A program made the translations under genes and the position numbers. Below are positions 1 to 13,650 of a DNA stretch of 64,000 bases, in pieces. Every line of letters starts with the position of its first letter. Within the stretch, counting starts at the first letter, position 1. The stretch is from Paragordius varius (lineage: Eukaryota; Animalia; Nematomorpha): NCBI GenBank assembly GCA_964247055.1, contig OZ176052.1, forward strand, positions 2,604,001 through 2,668,000, given 5' to 3'. The notes beneath the pieces were generated by a model. The model had not been told where the DNA came from and searched no databases. It saw nothing but the letters and a program-made list of their open reading frames with translations.

Positions 1-45
1 TGCCTATATAGTAAATTTGACAAAACTATGCGCTAATTAATATAC

Positions 46-2016
46 CCATTGGTTGACAATTGGTCAACACAACATGGAGACCTTTTACTTTTAATTCAAA
101 TACTCTAGGCCTCTCTCCTATATATACCAAATTTCTTATGGAAAGATTTGGCAGAGATGACAAAAGAGACGGTTTTCGTTTGTATAAGAACATTAAGTCA
201 TTGTTATCCTCTTGTTCGTAATATTCCATGAAATAAATTTCACCCGCTTTTGTTTCAATGATTCTTACCTAAAAAACATTTGAGTGTGTTACACATAAAA
301 ACAGTTAGAGGCCAAACACCCCTCACTATAAATTTTCTTGATAATTTTCCGTGTATGTTTGCAGCTACTTACTTATAATTTGATATCCAAAAGATTGAGC
401 CATGTGCAAATTTTATAAATAGTATCAAAATTTCACTTAAAAATTAAAGCCAGAACCTGGTCCTATTTTTATAAATAATGGAAACCCGTGATTAGAGCCA
501 AATATATTATAACGACCTGAGCTTGAACCACAAGCAGTTCGGGTTGTGTCATTATTTATCAAATTTGGATAGAGAAAGAGCTTGAAAAATTGAAAAATCT
601 GTGCATATAAATTTTGACCTTTGTTCAAAATTACATTAATGAATGTTAAAACAAATGTTAAAACATACCATTTACAAAATAATAAACTATGCTATAAAGT
701 GATATATTTCTTATTGATGATGAAATTTTTTTAGAAGAAATTCGGATTGTTCAAGGGGGAATTCGAATTTACGAGTAAATTTGAATTATAAATGGCATAT
801 TTAAAAAATTAATTTAAAAATAAATAAAAACTTAATAAACAAAATTTATATTGATTGACATTATCCATGTTAAATATTTAACGCGTTATTAACAATGCCT
901 TAGTATAACCAGAACATATATTAACCTTTCTCGTAACCTTTTTAAATAAGAGGAACTGCGTCTTAAATTCACACTAAAGAGAAAAGTTATATTTTTTAGG
1001 ATATAAATAAAAAATTGGTGATAATACGGAGTTTTTTTAAAAAAAGTGTGGCTTGCGTTTGGTTAACTGTCTGTTTACCTTTATAAAATTCTCCTGAAAT
1101 AAGCGTTGATGTTCCAGGTAGTTTTTAAAATTAAAACATGCTTGATGATATATGGCAGGTGGACATATTGCGAACAAACGATTGCTTGGATATATATCAA
1201 CATAAAACTAATATGCAAATAATATACAATAATAAGTTGAAAAATTACAAAGTTAAGTTTACTATGTAATTTTTTATAAAAGTTGATAAAGTCGTTTTAT
1301 GCTTAAATATATATTGAAAGCATGACTTATTCACATTATTATAGTTGGTCGATTGGCATCACAGTATTGTATGGATAAAAACAAAAAATATTGAAATTAA
1401 ACATTTTCCGATCCATGGAAAAAAAATATTTTTATAGCATACGCTACTGTACTGCGAATTCATCAAAGCCAGCATAAATGTGTATACTGTAATTAAATAT
1501 AAAAGATTAAAAAAGAAAAATTTACTAAAACCTCTTCCATATTGAGTTCTTTTAGTGCCATAATATCATCATTCATATCTGTTGGATATTCATTGGTGTA
1601 AAGTCCCACGGTTTCGGGCATCGCATCAATATTTGAAGATGAATTTATCGTTATATTACCCATTTCTTTGTAAATACCCCGGTATACAAAAGTTAAGGCA
1701 CCACTTATTCTCATTAAATAGGCTAGGTTGTTGAATTTATGGGATGAACTAAACAGATATTATTTAAAATACGATTATATGCATAAAAAGGCTGATATGA
1801 AATTTTTTGGTGGGGTATTTCTAATTATTCCCATAAATTTTAGTCTTTTAAAAACTGATATTAATCGAATATGCAGGCAAAACATTTTAAAAGTTGGGCC
1901 CAATAATAAATTATTTTCAATTATTTCTACCAAAACATACTTTGGATATAATTGAGACAGGTTGTAATGCAGACCAGTTTCAACAGAACAAATATTATGG
2001 GCGTTGGGTGGAGATA
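46..2016 (-). CDS. Probable multi-exon gene or pseudogene of unknown function, running off the left edge of the window
   Basis: Open segments bounded by AG/GT: 2016-1941 (SPPNAHNICSVETGLHYNL), 1748-1532 (SSHKFNNLAYLMRISG...ELNMEE), 1207-1079 (FYVDIYPSNRLFAICPP) and 268-46 (VRIIETKAGEIYFMEYY). Phases are compatible for the first three. Exon structure between 1079 and 268 is unresolved and no family was recognised. Confidence 0.5.
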
Positions 2017-2997
2017 CTAAATATTTATTTTTATTTATAATTATATATAATATTAATATTTTTCAACATCATCTTTTCACTTTTTTGTCCTTGACACATT
2101 GGGATAGTTTTAAATTGAGCTCAATTTTGTACATACTGTTTTAAAAGTTTTTTTTAGTTAATGATTATCTTACATTGTTCTCATGTGATAAAAAGCTTAT
2201 ATTTTTACAGTATTGTGAAGAGTTTGAAATTGAGACAGCTCCAAAACACTATCGAAAAGAACAGCTAATATTAGAATCATAATATATCAAATTTTTGGTA
2301 AAATGTAGCCTGAAAGTTTTTTTAAAGTGAATTATTTACATTTTCCAACGATATAATACATTTTTTTGCCTGTTGTATTGTTACAATTTTACATTTTTAT
2401 ATAAAACATTGTATAATAAATGTGCCTAAAAGGCTAAAAGAATATTTTATTTCAGCTTATTTCTTAAAATATTCAATTTTTAAATCTTCCTTGGATAAAA
2501 AACTACCCCAAAATAAAAAGCCAAGCGACTTCTATTTAATTCTAAAACATTTGGTTGCATATTGAAAGAAAACATTTGATGTAAATATTAGAGATAGGAT
2601 GGTTATGAAATAGGACACTTGGTGCTTAAAGAATTCAAAGCGTGGATTTTAATAACGACGAATTGACTAGAATAGTTTTATTGAAAATCCGCTTTGAATA
2701 GGTTCTTCTATATAATTTATTTCAATAGGCATATCGATAGAGCAGTCCAAAATTTACTATCTACTTTAGATGTTACCATTAAAAAAATAAAATCAGTTTT
2801 GACTCCTAAAACAGAATTTTATAGGTGGAGTTTCCACTGCTAAATGCTTATTCAGATTTAATATATTTATTTTTTTTCGAAAACTTAATACAGTATAGTT
2901 AATAATTATAATTTTTTAGCATATATTTCTAATTTAAACTAATTAATTTAAAATTTTGTTTTTTCATAAGATTATCCTATAAATTGTTATGGTTTAC

Positions 2998-3003
<6 letters not shown>

Positions 3004-3081
<78 letters not shown>

Positions 3082-3085
3082 ATAT
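3004..3085. repeat. (TA)n microsatellite with two TT interruptions
   Basis: Direct reading. Other (TA)n tracts lie near 30955-30981, 34164-34196, 46290-46323, 51951-51972, 57181-57220 and 57806-57843. Confidence 0.95.
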
Positions 3086-3394
3086 TTAAGCACATGTAAA
3101 ATTAATTGAAAAAATTAAATAAATCTATCAATTAATTAATCTTATTATTTATGCATGTTCTATCTAAAAATGCTTACATCCAATGTATATTATACTCGTA
3201 AATAGTCTGTTTTACATTAAAAGCCGGAAGTGGTAAAAATTATTCAAATTGGTATTGAAATTAATTAGTTTTAGAGCTAGGTCAAAAATATTTATATAGC
3301 ATTTTTACCACATTAAAAACTTAACATTTAAACAATTGAACCACACATTATTTGGATAAATATTTTGTATAAACAATTAATTTAATCCCTCACC

Positions 3395-3628
3395 CAGAGG
3401 CGTAGCTTGCATTTCTGTTCCCCGGTGCATGAATCCGTTATGGTGACCCCTTACATTTCAAAAATCAAACCGTGGTCATGCCCACTCATAAATGGGTTTA
3501 TTTCATAAAAATAAAACTTTTCAATACCTATTTTTTTGAAATAAAATTAAAAATTTTAAAATACAACGCCCCTTTAACTATGGCGCCCGATACATCCGCG
3601 CCCCTTCTCCCCTCTAGCTACCCCTATG
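3395..3628. mobile_element. hAT-type MITE, 234 bp
   Basis: Imperfect TIRs CAGAGGCGTAGC / GCTACCCCTATG and a perfect 8-bp TSD CCCTCACC (3387-3394 and 3629-3636). Confidence 0.85.
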
Positions 3629-5699
3629 CCCTCACCATTTTAATGTGTGACAAATGAATGCTGTATCTAATAAATTTACTAAATCTAACGTACCTGGAGC
3701 TTGAATTTCATCGTACGATGGTTTATATCTTCGGTAAGAAATATTGATTCTGAGCATTTCCAAACTTCTGTCATCCATATCATTCAAACCTATTATTAAA
3801 ATAACACACTATTAATACGACCTACATTATATTAAAATTATCTTTAAAGATAACTTAATATTTTTTTATGATTCAATGATGCATAAACCAGTAATTTTTG
3901 GAGGAGTTTATAAAAGTTAATTGGTATAAAGTCCGCATTATCTCAATTTAATCACTATTGTAATATCACTTTATAGACCTTTTTGTGATATGACTAAGTT
4001 TTCCTCTTTTTGTAAAAAAATGGATTTGGCTAATTTTATAAAATTTGAAATTCTTTCCACCTTTATATGAAGTACTAAAAACACTTTATAAAAATTATAT
4101 ACATGCTGCTCTCATATTCGGTCTAAAAAATTCTATCATCTCTGATTTTTTTAAAGAATCTTTTACTTAATAAAACTTAATTTTATTTTGGTGTGATATA
4201 TTGGCCATGAATAAGCTATAAAATCAAAATTAAATAAAATACGCTTCTATTATAAAATTATTTTTATTATAATTTTTTTTTTAAATTAATGGCTTGACGT
4301 GATAATCTAGCATAATTTATTGCATTCCAGTTCTATAGCATTTTTAAAGGCACTAGCTCTCCGCGGGTAAATGGGTAATTGGTAAAAAAAATCTATTAAC
4401 ATAGTCTATTTTTCCAAATCTTATTTATCATATATAGATAGAATATTTGTAGATTTTACTTTTTCATAAAAAAAATTTGGCACAGGGTGTGCAAATGTTG
4501 TGAATTTATGAGTAATTTTATTTTCATGATTCGTAAGCAGCCTTCCAAAAAGAGCCATAAGAACCCTGTGCCATTTTTTAGACTATGATATTTTGTGAAT
4601 TTTTTGTGCCCTTATGTTTTACGAAGTTAAAGCCCGCTAGCGAGCGAGTTTTATAATTTTTCTAAAATTGTCACATTATCAATTTTATAGAATAGCCCAA
4701 TCTTGTGTATGAAAAGTAAAGACAACATATAGTAATACTTTTATCATTTCTGCCATCAGCTAACATCAGTGCCAAAGTGATAATGAATAAAAAAATTATC
4801 ATTTCTTAGCTAATATTTATAATAAATATATAATAAAAATAAAATATAATAAAATATGTACCTTTTATCCAAACAGGTTATAATTTTGAAAATCAGCAAA
4901 CCTTTGAAAAGTTCAAACATCAAAATTTTTGTTAAATTAATAAAATGTTGTTTACCTTACACTATATGCCTTTTGTAAAAATACTTAAAAGTTCGTGCCA
5001 TTTAAATCCATTCATTTAACCAATTCAACGCTTAAAAAACTTATTAAATAATTAATTATTGAAAAAAGCTCACATAAACATTACTAAATTGAATGCACAA
5101 AAGCTAATAGTTTACTGAGGGATAGCAATATATGATTACATCCTCTTGAGAGTTTTTCTCAATTAATATATTTTTGAACCAATGAATAAAAATAGCTCAA
5201 ACTTCTGCAGATGGCAATGATTGTCTAAAAAAATAAATTTTTTTGATAAAAACACTTATTTATTGCTTTTATGTCGATCAAAATACTTTAATTTTATGTT
5301 TTTTTTAAATTACCCTTTCAACAATTTATTTTATTTAAAAGGCACATAATTCTTACATTCCAAAGACTAGATATAAATTTAAAAGAATTCTTGATCTTTT
5401 ACCATTACAGTTATAATTATGCATTTTAATCACTAGGTACAATAATTCTGATAATTATTTTTATTAAAAAATAAAAATTCTTTTTCATAGATTTTTTTAT
5501 ACTAATGTAACCCTAACCAATTTCTAGATTAGTTTGCCTGTAAAAATTTGACTTATTTATGGGTTAAAAATTTTGGCTACATAAAGCAATATAACTTTCA
5601 CGTCAGAATGATAAAAATTCAGCCTTTTGCTCTCTTTCGAATCATATAAAATACATGGCTATGCTTCATTCCAAAAAATATCAAAAAAAACATTTAATA

Positions 5700-5910
5700 A
5701 ACAAAACGTTCATAAATTATTATATCATATATGCGCTCCGAAGGTCTTAAACTTTTTAACTCGTTTAAAATGGGCATCTTTAAACTGAATGCAATATGCC
5801 GATATTGCGGGATAAAATTTTAAATATATGCTAAATATCTAAAAATGGATATTTTGATTAAAAAATATAACCAAATTTAGTAAAGCGAATTTTATGTCTT
5901 GAAGCATGGT
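5700..5910 (-). repeat. Fragment of the foldback repeat family A
   Basis: The reverse complement matches 58645-58860 (CCATGCTTCAA, CAATATCGGCAT, GCCCATTTTA and TTCGGAG anchors). Confidence 0.6.
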
Positions 5911-8493
5911 AGAAACAAAAACATTTGATATAAAAAATACTTTTAAAAAATGTTTTTACTTCGAATTTTATAAATGATGTTTTGTAAAAACACAACTTAC
6001 ATGTAACTTTCAATAAAATTAAATTATCGAATTGGATACAAAAACTTTCATAATTTCTCAAAGCGTTGCTATACCGATTTCACAATGTCAAAATTATATT
6101 CGCTTCACGAAAATTTTGCCATAAATTAAAGTTTTAAAATATCTAAAACTTTTTTGATGTGCAAACATTTAGCATATTAAATTTTTATTCCGCATTATCA
6201 TCATTTTTTCATTTTACGATTAGAGGGGTAAATATTTGATACTATTGGATTAAGCATCCATAAATATACAAACATTGTTTTGCTAATTATCATAGTTTAT
6301 AATAGAGTCGCATTTTGTTCCATTCGATATGTTATGAAAGCCCAGCTTTGTTATTAATCTGTTTAGATCAAAATTTTTAATTTTTTATTTCATATAAAGT
6401 ATCATATTTTGATCGGCAAATCTTTTTTAATTAATCATTAAAAATGATAAAACGAAAATGGAATTACGTCAAATATTTTAACCAAAAATGACATGAAAAA
6501 TTATTTTTGTGTCCCGAAAACAAATTATATAAAAAAATTGTCTTATTTTTATTTATTAATTTTTAAATCGCCAAATATAAAATTTTAAATAGTTTAATGA
6601 TAACTATAATTTATACAATATCAATTTATGAATTTATTTGATTAATTTTTGGAATATCATGCCTTTCGGTATTATTAATGACACACTGTCCAGAAAAATG
6701 TAACTTGTTGAAATGTATATATAATAGGAAAATGGAACACGATTATCATGGTTCTTTTGGTATTGGCTCTTACAAGTAATATAAGATACATTTTTTTGGT
6801 AATGGGTTCATATCGCAAAATGGCATTTGGGCACATGTTGCTAAATAATTTTTTTAATGAAAGCTAATTGGTTCATTCGCAAAAATATCACGAAAATATA
6901 TCATACAATTTGAATGTAAACAAACCTCTAAATATAATTCTGAGGTATTAATATGCATTCTCAAATCACATAGTGAATATCTTAGAGCGTTTTTACCGTT
7001 TCCATTATGCCTAAAATAGTATGATGTTGGCTTCAACGAACTTTTACTTTAAATTAAATTTTTAAGTATTTTTCAGAAGAAAAATTTTTGATGTCGAAAT
7101 TAAGCATATAACCAAAAATAATTTATTGTGTAAAATGTGCACAAATTTTACCATTTTCTATTATATAGCATTTACCAAAATAATGTATCTAACAGTTGTA
7201 AGGGCCACTTAAGCACTATGATTATCCTAATACATTTTTATTAAAATATATTTAATACATCAAGATATTTTTTATACCCCAGATTCGGCCGCAATTTTAA
7301 TAAACTTTGTGGCAAAAATTGGGATCACGAAAAAAATATTTCTGAATCTATATCTTTTGTTATGAACAATGACAAATGCGGTTTGAAACTGGAAAAAAAG
7401 TTATTTTGAATTTTCTACTCTTAGCCAAATTTAAAAAATCGCATTTTTCTAGTTGCCAATTGGATACGCTTATGAAATACTGCGAAGATTTTAACGCATA
7501 ATTTTTTAATTATAAATTTCCGAATTTTTTTCAGGCCGCTCATAAAGTCTCTAAAGGCATGTGGACACTTCTGCTTTAGAAATACTAACTATGATAGTTT
7601 ACATTAAAATAAAATCTTCTGCCGCATAATAACGAATTTTTTTTTTATTCAAATTTGAGGCCAAAATCCATATTTTCGTCTTTGCAGAACCCCGAAAGAA
7701 ATGTTTAATCTTTTATCCATAACTTTTTGGGTTTTGGATCATCCTTATAATATTTACAAATAAATGGTAGTTAGCTGGTTTCTATTGTTTTAATTTTATT
7801 CGACCTAATCTGAGATAAAAATGCGATTTTTAATATTGGTTAATAGATGAAAAATTAAAACAATTTTTTTCGCATAATATAACCCCATTTATCATTTCGA
7901 TATCATTACTATCAAGCTTAAAGCTATCAAACGATATATGATTCTTTAACATTTTTCGCGCACCATGTAATATATTTAAAGCATGCATTAATTTGTTTTT
8001 TAAGTTATAGGCATTGGCGTAATGGCCCATACAGGCGATATTTGCGCATCAACCCGCGGTACAAAAGGGCGCTTTTTAATTAACTTTTGTTTTATATCTG
8101 AAAACATTTTTTGCAAATATTTTAATTACAACTTTATTAAAAAGTTAAGATCGATAGACCATATAAATAATGTTATTTAAGTCCAAAAATATTTAATACT
8201 TATCTTATTTATAAAATTTATGCTTCGATCCGCTTTAGCTGTACAACACATTTTATTTTAATCTAAAAGATAATGTTTAGTCAAAAAATGTATGATGGTT
8301 ATATCAAGCTTTGTTTATGATCACCAGTAGGATATTAATGCGCGACAACAATCCTTGAAAACAAAATAAATAAAATATTTAATATTTGTGGCCAATATAA
8401 TTCGACATATAATTATTCAACAATGTAAGCGCAAGACAAAAATATTTTTTTGTTAATTATTATTTTTAAATATTTTTTTGATCTATTTTATCA

Positions 8494-11400
8494 ATGGGAT
8501 TTGGTGACTTATTAAGCGCATTGCTCGTATATTTAAGGAATATCACTATTGAACCATCTCTTTTACTTTTTACCACTGCACAAGTTTTACGCTATCCAGT
8601 GTATCATTCTATGGTGTATACCAAAAGTCAAGAATATGTTTTGTGTACAGAATGGAATACGCACCAAAACATAAAGGTTCATGGTATAATGCTATTGACA
8701 CATCCTAAATTTAATTTTACACACACATGCGCCTCAATCATCACACCAATGTCAATTACAAATTTATTGGACAATGTTAACTTTACATTATTTAACACAA
8801 GTGCTGGAAATTTTACAGACCTAAATTTTACATCACCACTGATTTTACAATTGCGAGAAGCGTTGAATGTCGAAATTCAAACATTAGCTGCTCGTGTAAC
8901 GTTTAAAGCCATTTTTTCGGCATCAGCCCCTGCCATCATTCTTGCTTTTGCCATTGGTTTATGGAGTGATTATTTTTCAAGGACTCAACCGGTGTACTTT
9001 AGTTTTGTGGGGGGACTCCTTTCTTCGCTTTGGAATATGTTTGCAGCACGGTACACCTTCATAACCGTTCAATATGTCATTCTTGGCCCAATACTCTATG
9101 GTATGTTTGGTGGAATAGAAATTTTAGTTTTAGCTTGCTTCAGTTATGTATCAGCCATACCAAATCGAAGTGACATTCTTCACTATCCTAAATCTATTCA
9201 AGAAACGCGAACTATACGTTATGCTCTTATCAAAAGTTCTGGAACGATTGGAATATTGTTAGGAACCGCTTTAAGTACCATTTTGCTGAAATCGATGGCC
9301 CTTCATCAAATATTCACAATTATTTTAGGAATGCATGTTACAGCAGTCACTTATTTAACCATCTTATTTTTTTACCAAAGGAGACGCAAATTAAGACTCA
9401 GAGCCCAAGAATTATTTCCACAACAAACGGACCCTACCACTAAAAGAAGAAAATCCAGTTTTGTTAAATTGTTTCATGGCATACAACCTAATGTTATATA
9501 CAGTAGCTTTACAACAAAAGGGTTTTGGACGCAGTGGCTAACCATAGAAAATAACAGCATAGCTATGAAAGTCATCTGCACTTGCTTAATTCTTAACCTC
9601 ATCAATTTCAATAACATAGGTAAGTCATTATTATAAATCAATAGCTGTGCCCTGTCACGCGTCGCTTGGCTTAGTCGATACATTTGTAAATCCGTTTTAG
9701 AGAGAGAGAAAGGATTATTTAGGGATATAATCTATATATAGTGGGGCTCTTCACAAAGGCTAATTTAAAAAAGTGATAAACTATAATCTACGCCTTTATA
9801 GGGAAAATACCTGAAATCATTGTTAAATGTATATGGTTCCTTGGGTTTTTGTAGAAACATTTAAAATTTTTGTGGAGGGCTAATACAGAAATACATTGTT
9901 ATTAATATATGATTAATAAAGGTGATTCTGTTCTAATTAAAAATAATCTTCCCCCCAGTCATTAAAAGATTTTAATATAACACATGTCTTTTAACAGTTC
10001 GATTCAAATTGGGTTTTTTAGAAAACCCAGACTATAATTAAGTTAATATTTTTATAAAACTACTGTAAGAAACGGTCCCAATTTAAATTTATGCTTCTAT
10101 TCAGATAAAAATTTTATAAATAGGCCGTTTGAAAAAAATGTTCCATGTCACTTGATGCAATTTAATTTTACAACAATTTTGCAAAATATCGTGTTAATTT
10201 AATTTAAAGCTAAATTTAATATTCTTTTATTTAAATTTCATCTAACATTGATAGCAATAGAAAAAATGGTTTATTTTGTATTATTTTAAAATTTAGCTAA
10301 TGCCACATGTCATGTTGACTAAATTTTTACTTTGGATTTTACCTCTGAATAAGTAACATCAAATATTTTTGATTAATTTTTTTTATATTTGGGTTCATTA
10401 ATCTTATATAAGTGCAAACTTTTGCCAGGGTTTAGTTTTTTCCATATTTTTTTAAATATTTAATTTTAAATAGGACTAGGGTATTCAACGACCCTAATCT
10501 GAATCGACTAAAATGAATGTGTTGTATCCAAGTGTTAATTACTTGAAATCAGGAAAAATACATATTTCATTATCCGCACCGAATGCATTTTTTTTAATGT
10601 TCGATTTTGATTTTTATAGTTGCAAATTTTAATGTATTCTATTGGTCATTTATAATAAAACCTATTAACAATATCGAAATAGAGCGAATTTTCAGAAAAC
10701 ATATGAAATTATATAAATATTTTATGGTAGATATATTTCTTATCAAGGTAAAGATAATAGAGGGCTTTACTAAAAGTCGCTCATGTAAGAATCTCCTTCT
10801 CTGTAAAATACGTCACATAAAAAATGGGACTAGGAACAAAGTTTCGAAAACCTGACCTATTTAATTTAATTATCGTGATTTATATTTTTTTAATGCGCTG
10901 ATCATACAAGCATTCATTTTGTCTTTACCCCGCTGTAAAGTTACTTTTTAAAAATACAAGTCTCCAAAAAAATTTAAGCAATTTACCGCGAAACGTATGT
11001 AAGCCATATAAACAAAATAATTGTTTTTAATTCACTTATGAAGGTGTAGATTATAATGGTGCATTTTTTGTAGACCGGCTGATCCCAATTATAAATCCCC
11101 AAAAGGGCCATTCTTTTAAAAACCATATCTGTAAATTATCGTTTTGAATGACTCAGAACGAGGAGTGACAAACAGTTAGTCATATATTATAATTTTATTT
11201 TAAATATAAATTGAAATATCACGTTTCATATATTTTATTACGGATTAAATTAAAAATTTTTTAACTTCATTGTTTGGTTTAACGAGGCTAATTTTCGGCT
11301 TCTCTTAAATAATAATTTATTAGGTTATAAAATTTCAAACAGAGTTTATTTACATTTTCAATATTTTTGTCATAAACTATATAGGCGAATATAATACACT

Positions 11401-13650
11401 TTATTTGTACACGACTGGAAAATTCAATTGGGTAGCAAGTACGTTTGCTGATTTCATTACGGTATGGAAGGCGGGAGGAGTTATTAGCCTCATTATTATT
11501 TTACCATTATTGAAACACAAATGTAAGTTGACAGATTTGGTTGTATGTGTTATGGGAATGTCATCTTCGATCCTGGGCTCACTTTTGTTTGGATTAGCTA
11601 AGGAGAGCTACGAAATGTTTATTGGTAGTTATGCATACATATTATTTAAATTATATTTGGTTAAGGTATAAAAGATTGTAATTTGTATATACTCTATCCA
11701 TTGATATAGTTTCATATCTGTTTTATTTTTGCAAAAAAGCAGGGATTAGAAGGAACCGGCACCAAAACCATAGCTTTTTTTAACTGCCCTGGAACCTAAT
11801 CGGTTTAATAACCAAAATATTCTTAGTAGTTTCTAACAACATATTGAATTTTTAATAAAATACTTTAATATATCAACTAATTTATTTGAAAAAAAGTTTT
11901 TATTTTTTTTGCTTTTTGGCTATTTATCATTATATTTTAAAAATAACCACTCTGTGGAATTTGCGTAAAATCAGAATAAAAATAAAATATTAAAACATAA
12001 TGTGTAAATCTCATTTTTTCAAAAAATGATATCTCTTGAAATATTATGGTTATAAAATTGTCAAAATCCAATAATCAAGCTAAACAAAAAAAATATTTTT
12101 TTGTATTGATTTATAATTGTTGTGATATATATTTCAGCGGCTGTGGTTAGCATGATGGATGTGGTTCCATGTATTATTGTACGATCAAGTATTTCGCAAG
12201 ACGTGGGCAATAAATATTTGGGTATAAAAAATTAACTTATGAGTTTTGACATGGACCTTAAATATAACCAATTTTAAAAAAAAAATTTAAATAAATATTA
12301 AATAATGTTAAAAAATTTTAATTTAATGATATTTTTATAATTTAAATTATATTTGTCTATATGTCATGTTCAAAGACTATAAAAATGAAGTAATATTTTT
12401 ACCACCATTTTTTATGTTAATCTTCTATATTATATTAAATGTATCATTATTTTGTAAATATGATTATTAAATAATTGATAAAGTAATATCTATATTTTTA
12501 CTATAATCATGTTTGTGATTTAAAATATTTTACCATTGAAATTGTTTTCAACTGTTATAAGTAAGTATTAATTTTTACGGGTTTTAGAATGGATTATATA
12601 TTTTATTTTTTCAAAGATATTTGAATTTATTTTTTTAATCCTTTCTGAATTTTTTATAAAGAATGTGCATTGGGGAAGTTTTATCTCAGAGCTGTAGGCT
12701 TGTAAAAAAATAAAACAGCTGTTAATTATATTTATCTATATTCTCTCAAAATATTATCAAAAGTCGGATAATTTATTTTATAATAAAAACATAATATTAG
12801 CGATTTAAAAAAAATTCAAAAAAATATATGGCGAAAGTTTGAGTTGAGATTTTCTCGTTATACATCTTTGTATAATCCGCTTGGAAACCAATATCATAGA
12901 TATAAATTTGCCCATTAAGTACATAACTATTCCAAAAAGGAATGAAATGTAAATTCCATTCAAAATTAACTTGTAATCCAATTGTTATATATTTATATAC
13001 AATAAGCATTTTAACGGTTGCTTATTTCACACTATAGTTGGGCAATTTGCTACACAATAGTGTATAAAAAACCAAATATCTTAAATAAACAATTTTTTCC
13101 TTCTTTTTTTCCATACACTAGCTTGCAAATTGCCCAACTATAGTGTGAAATAAGGAACCATTAAAATGCATACTGTATATATAATACTAGGACAGGTTTT
13201 TGCCCTAATAGCTAGTACAACTTCATTGTCATCCATTCTCTCAAGTTTGGCATATACCAAGCTATATGAATATTCACTTTTGACTCATGAGGGGAAACCT
13301 CTACTAAACAAAATGGGCTCCAGTTTGGTGTATTACTTTTCGGTACTTTTGTTGGCAATTATATTCCCACTTTTATGGTACTTTATTTTTTGTGTCCCAT
13401 TTGTTAGGCCATAGATTTTTTTCCGTTTACGTACCATTTATAAGTTCAATGATGATTTAGGTGGTCTCATTCTCTTGATAAACGAATCAAAGAACAGAAA
13501 AAACGTGGTATAAAGGAAATGGAAAAGTCTCAAGATTTAAATAAAGATTTAGTTCCCATTGATGAACCATCTAAAAAATTGAATGTAATGGATCCGAGAA
13601 ATTTAGATAATATAGAATTTATTGATATGGGAAGTAACCCAATATTATAG
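8494..13650 (+). CDS. MFS transporter, SLC46/PCFT-like, about 608 aa, 5 exons
   Basis: Exons 8494-9619, 11385-11624, 12138-12221, 13191-13377 and 13461-13650 join in frame (1827 nt) with GT-AG sites. Motifs ITIEP, GLWSDYFSR and GEYNTLYLYTTGKFNW, plus many hydrophobic helices. Confidence 0.85.
9995..10534 (+). mobile_element. piggyBac-like non-autonomous element (family B) in MFS intron 1
   Basis: TTAA on both sides (9991-9994, 10535-10538), ends CAGTTCGATTCAAATTGGG / GTATCCAAGTG, and collinear with 15883-16443. Confidence 0.75.
13013..13162. mobile_element. Hairpin MITE of about 150 bp in MFS intron 3
   Basis: Perfect 30-bp inverted repeat CTTATTTCACACTATAGTTGGGCAATTTGC at 13021-13050 and 13125-13154, with imperfect outward extension. 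Confidence 0.8.

Noticed and set aside
1942-2030. Plus-strand peptide FQQNKYYGRWVE resembling the lipocalin GxW motif
   Set aside because: No start or splice context on the plus strand. The minus strand has clean AG/GT sites and phase continuity.
2634-2698. Inverted repeat of about 20 bp resembling a terminator or hairpin
   Set aside because: Short, imperfect and AT-rich with no context; such repeats are common in this TE-rich DNA.
9640-11190. Possible Helitron/Helentron-like element in MFS intron 1 (TAGCTGTGCCCTGTCACGCG start)
   Set aside because: Only vague terminal resemblance. No diagnostic 3' hairpin or second copy was found in the window.
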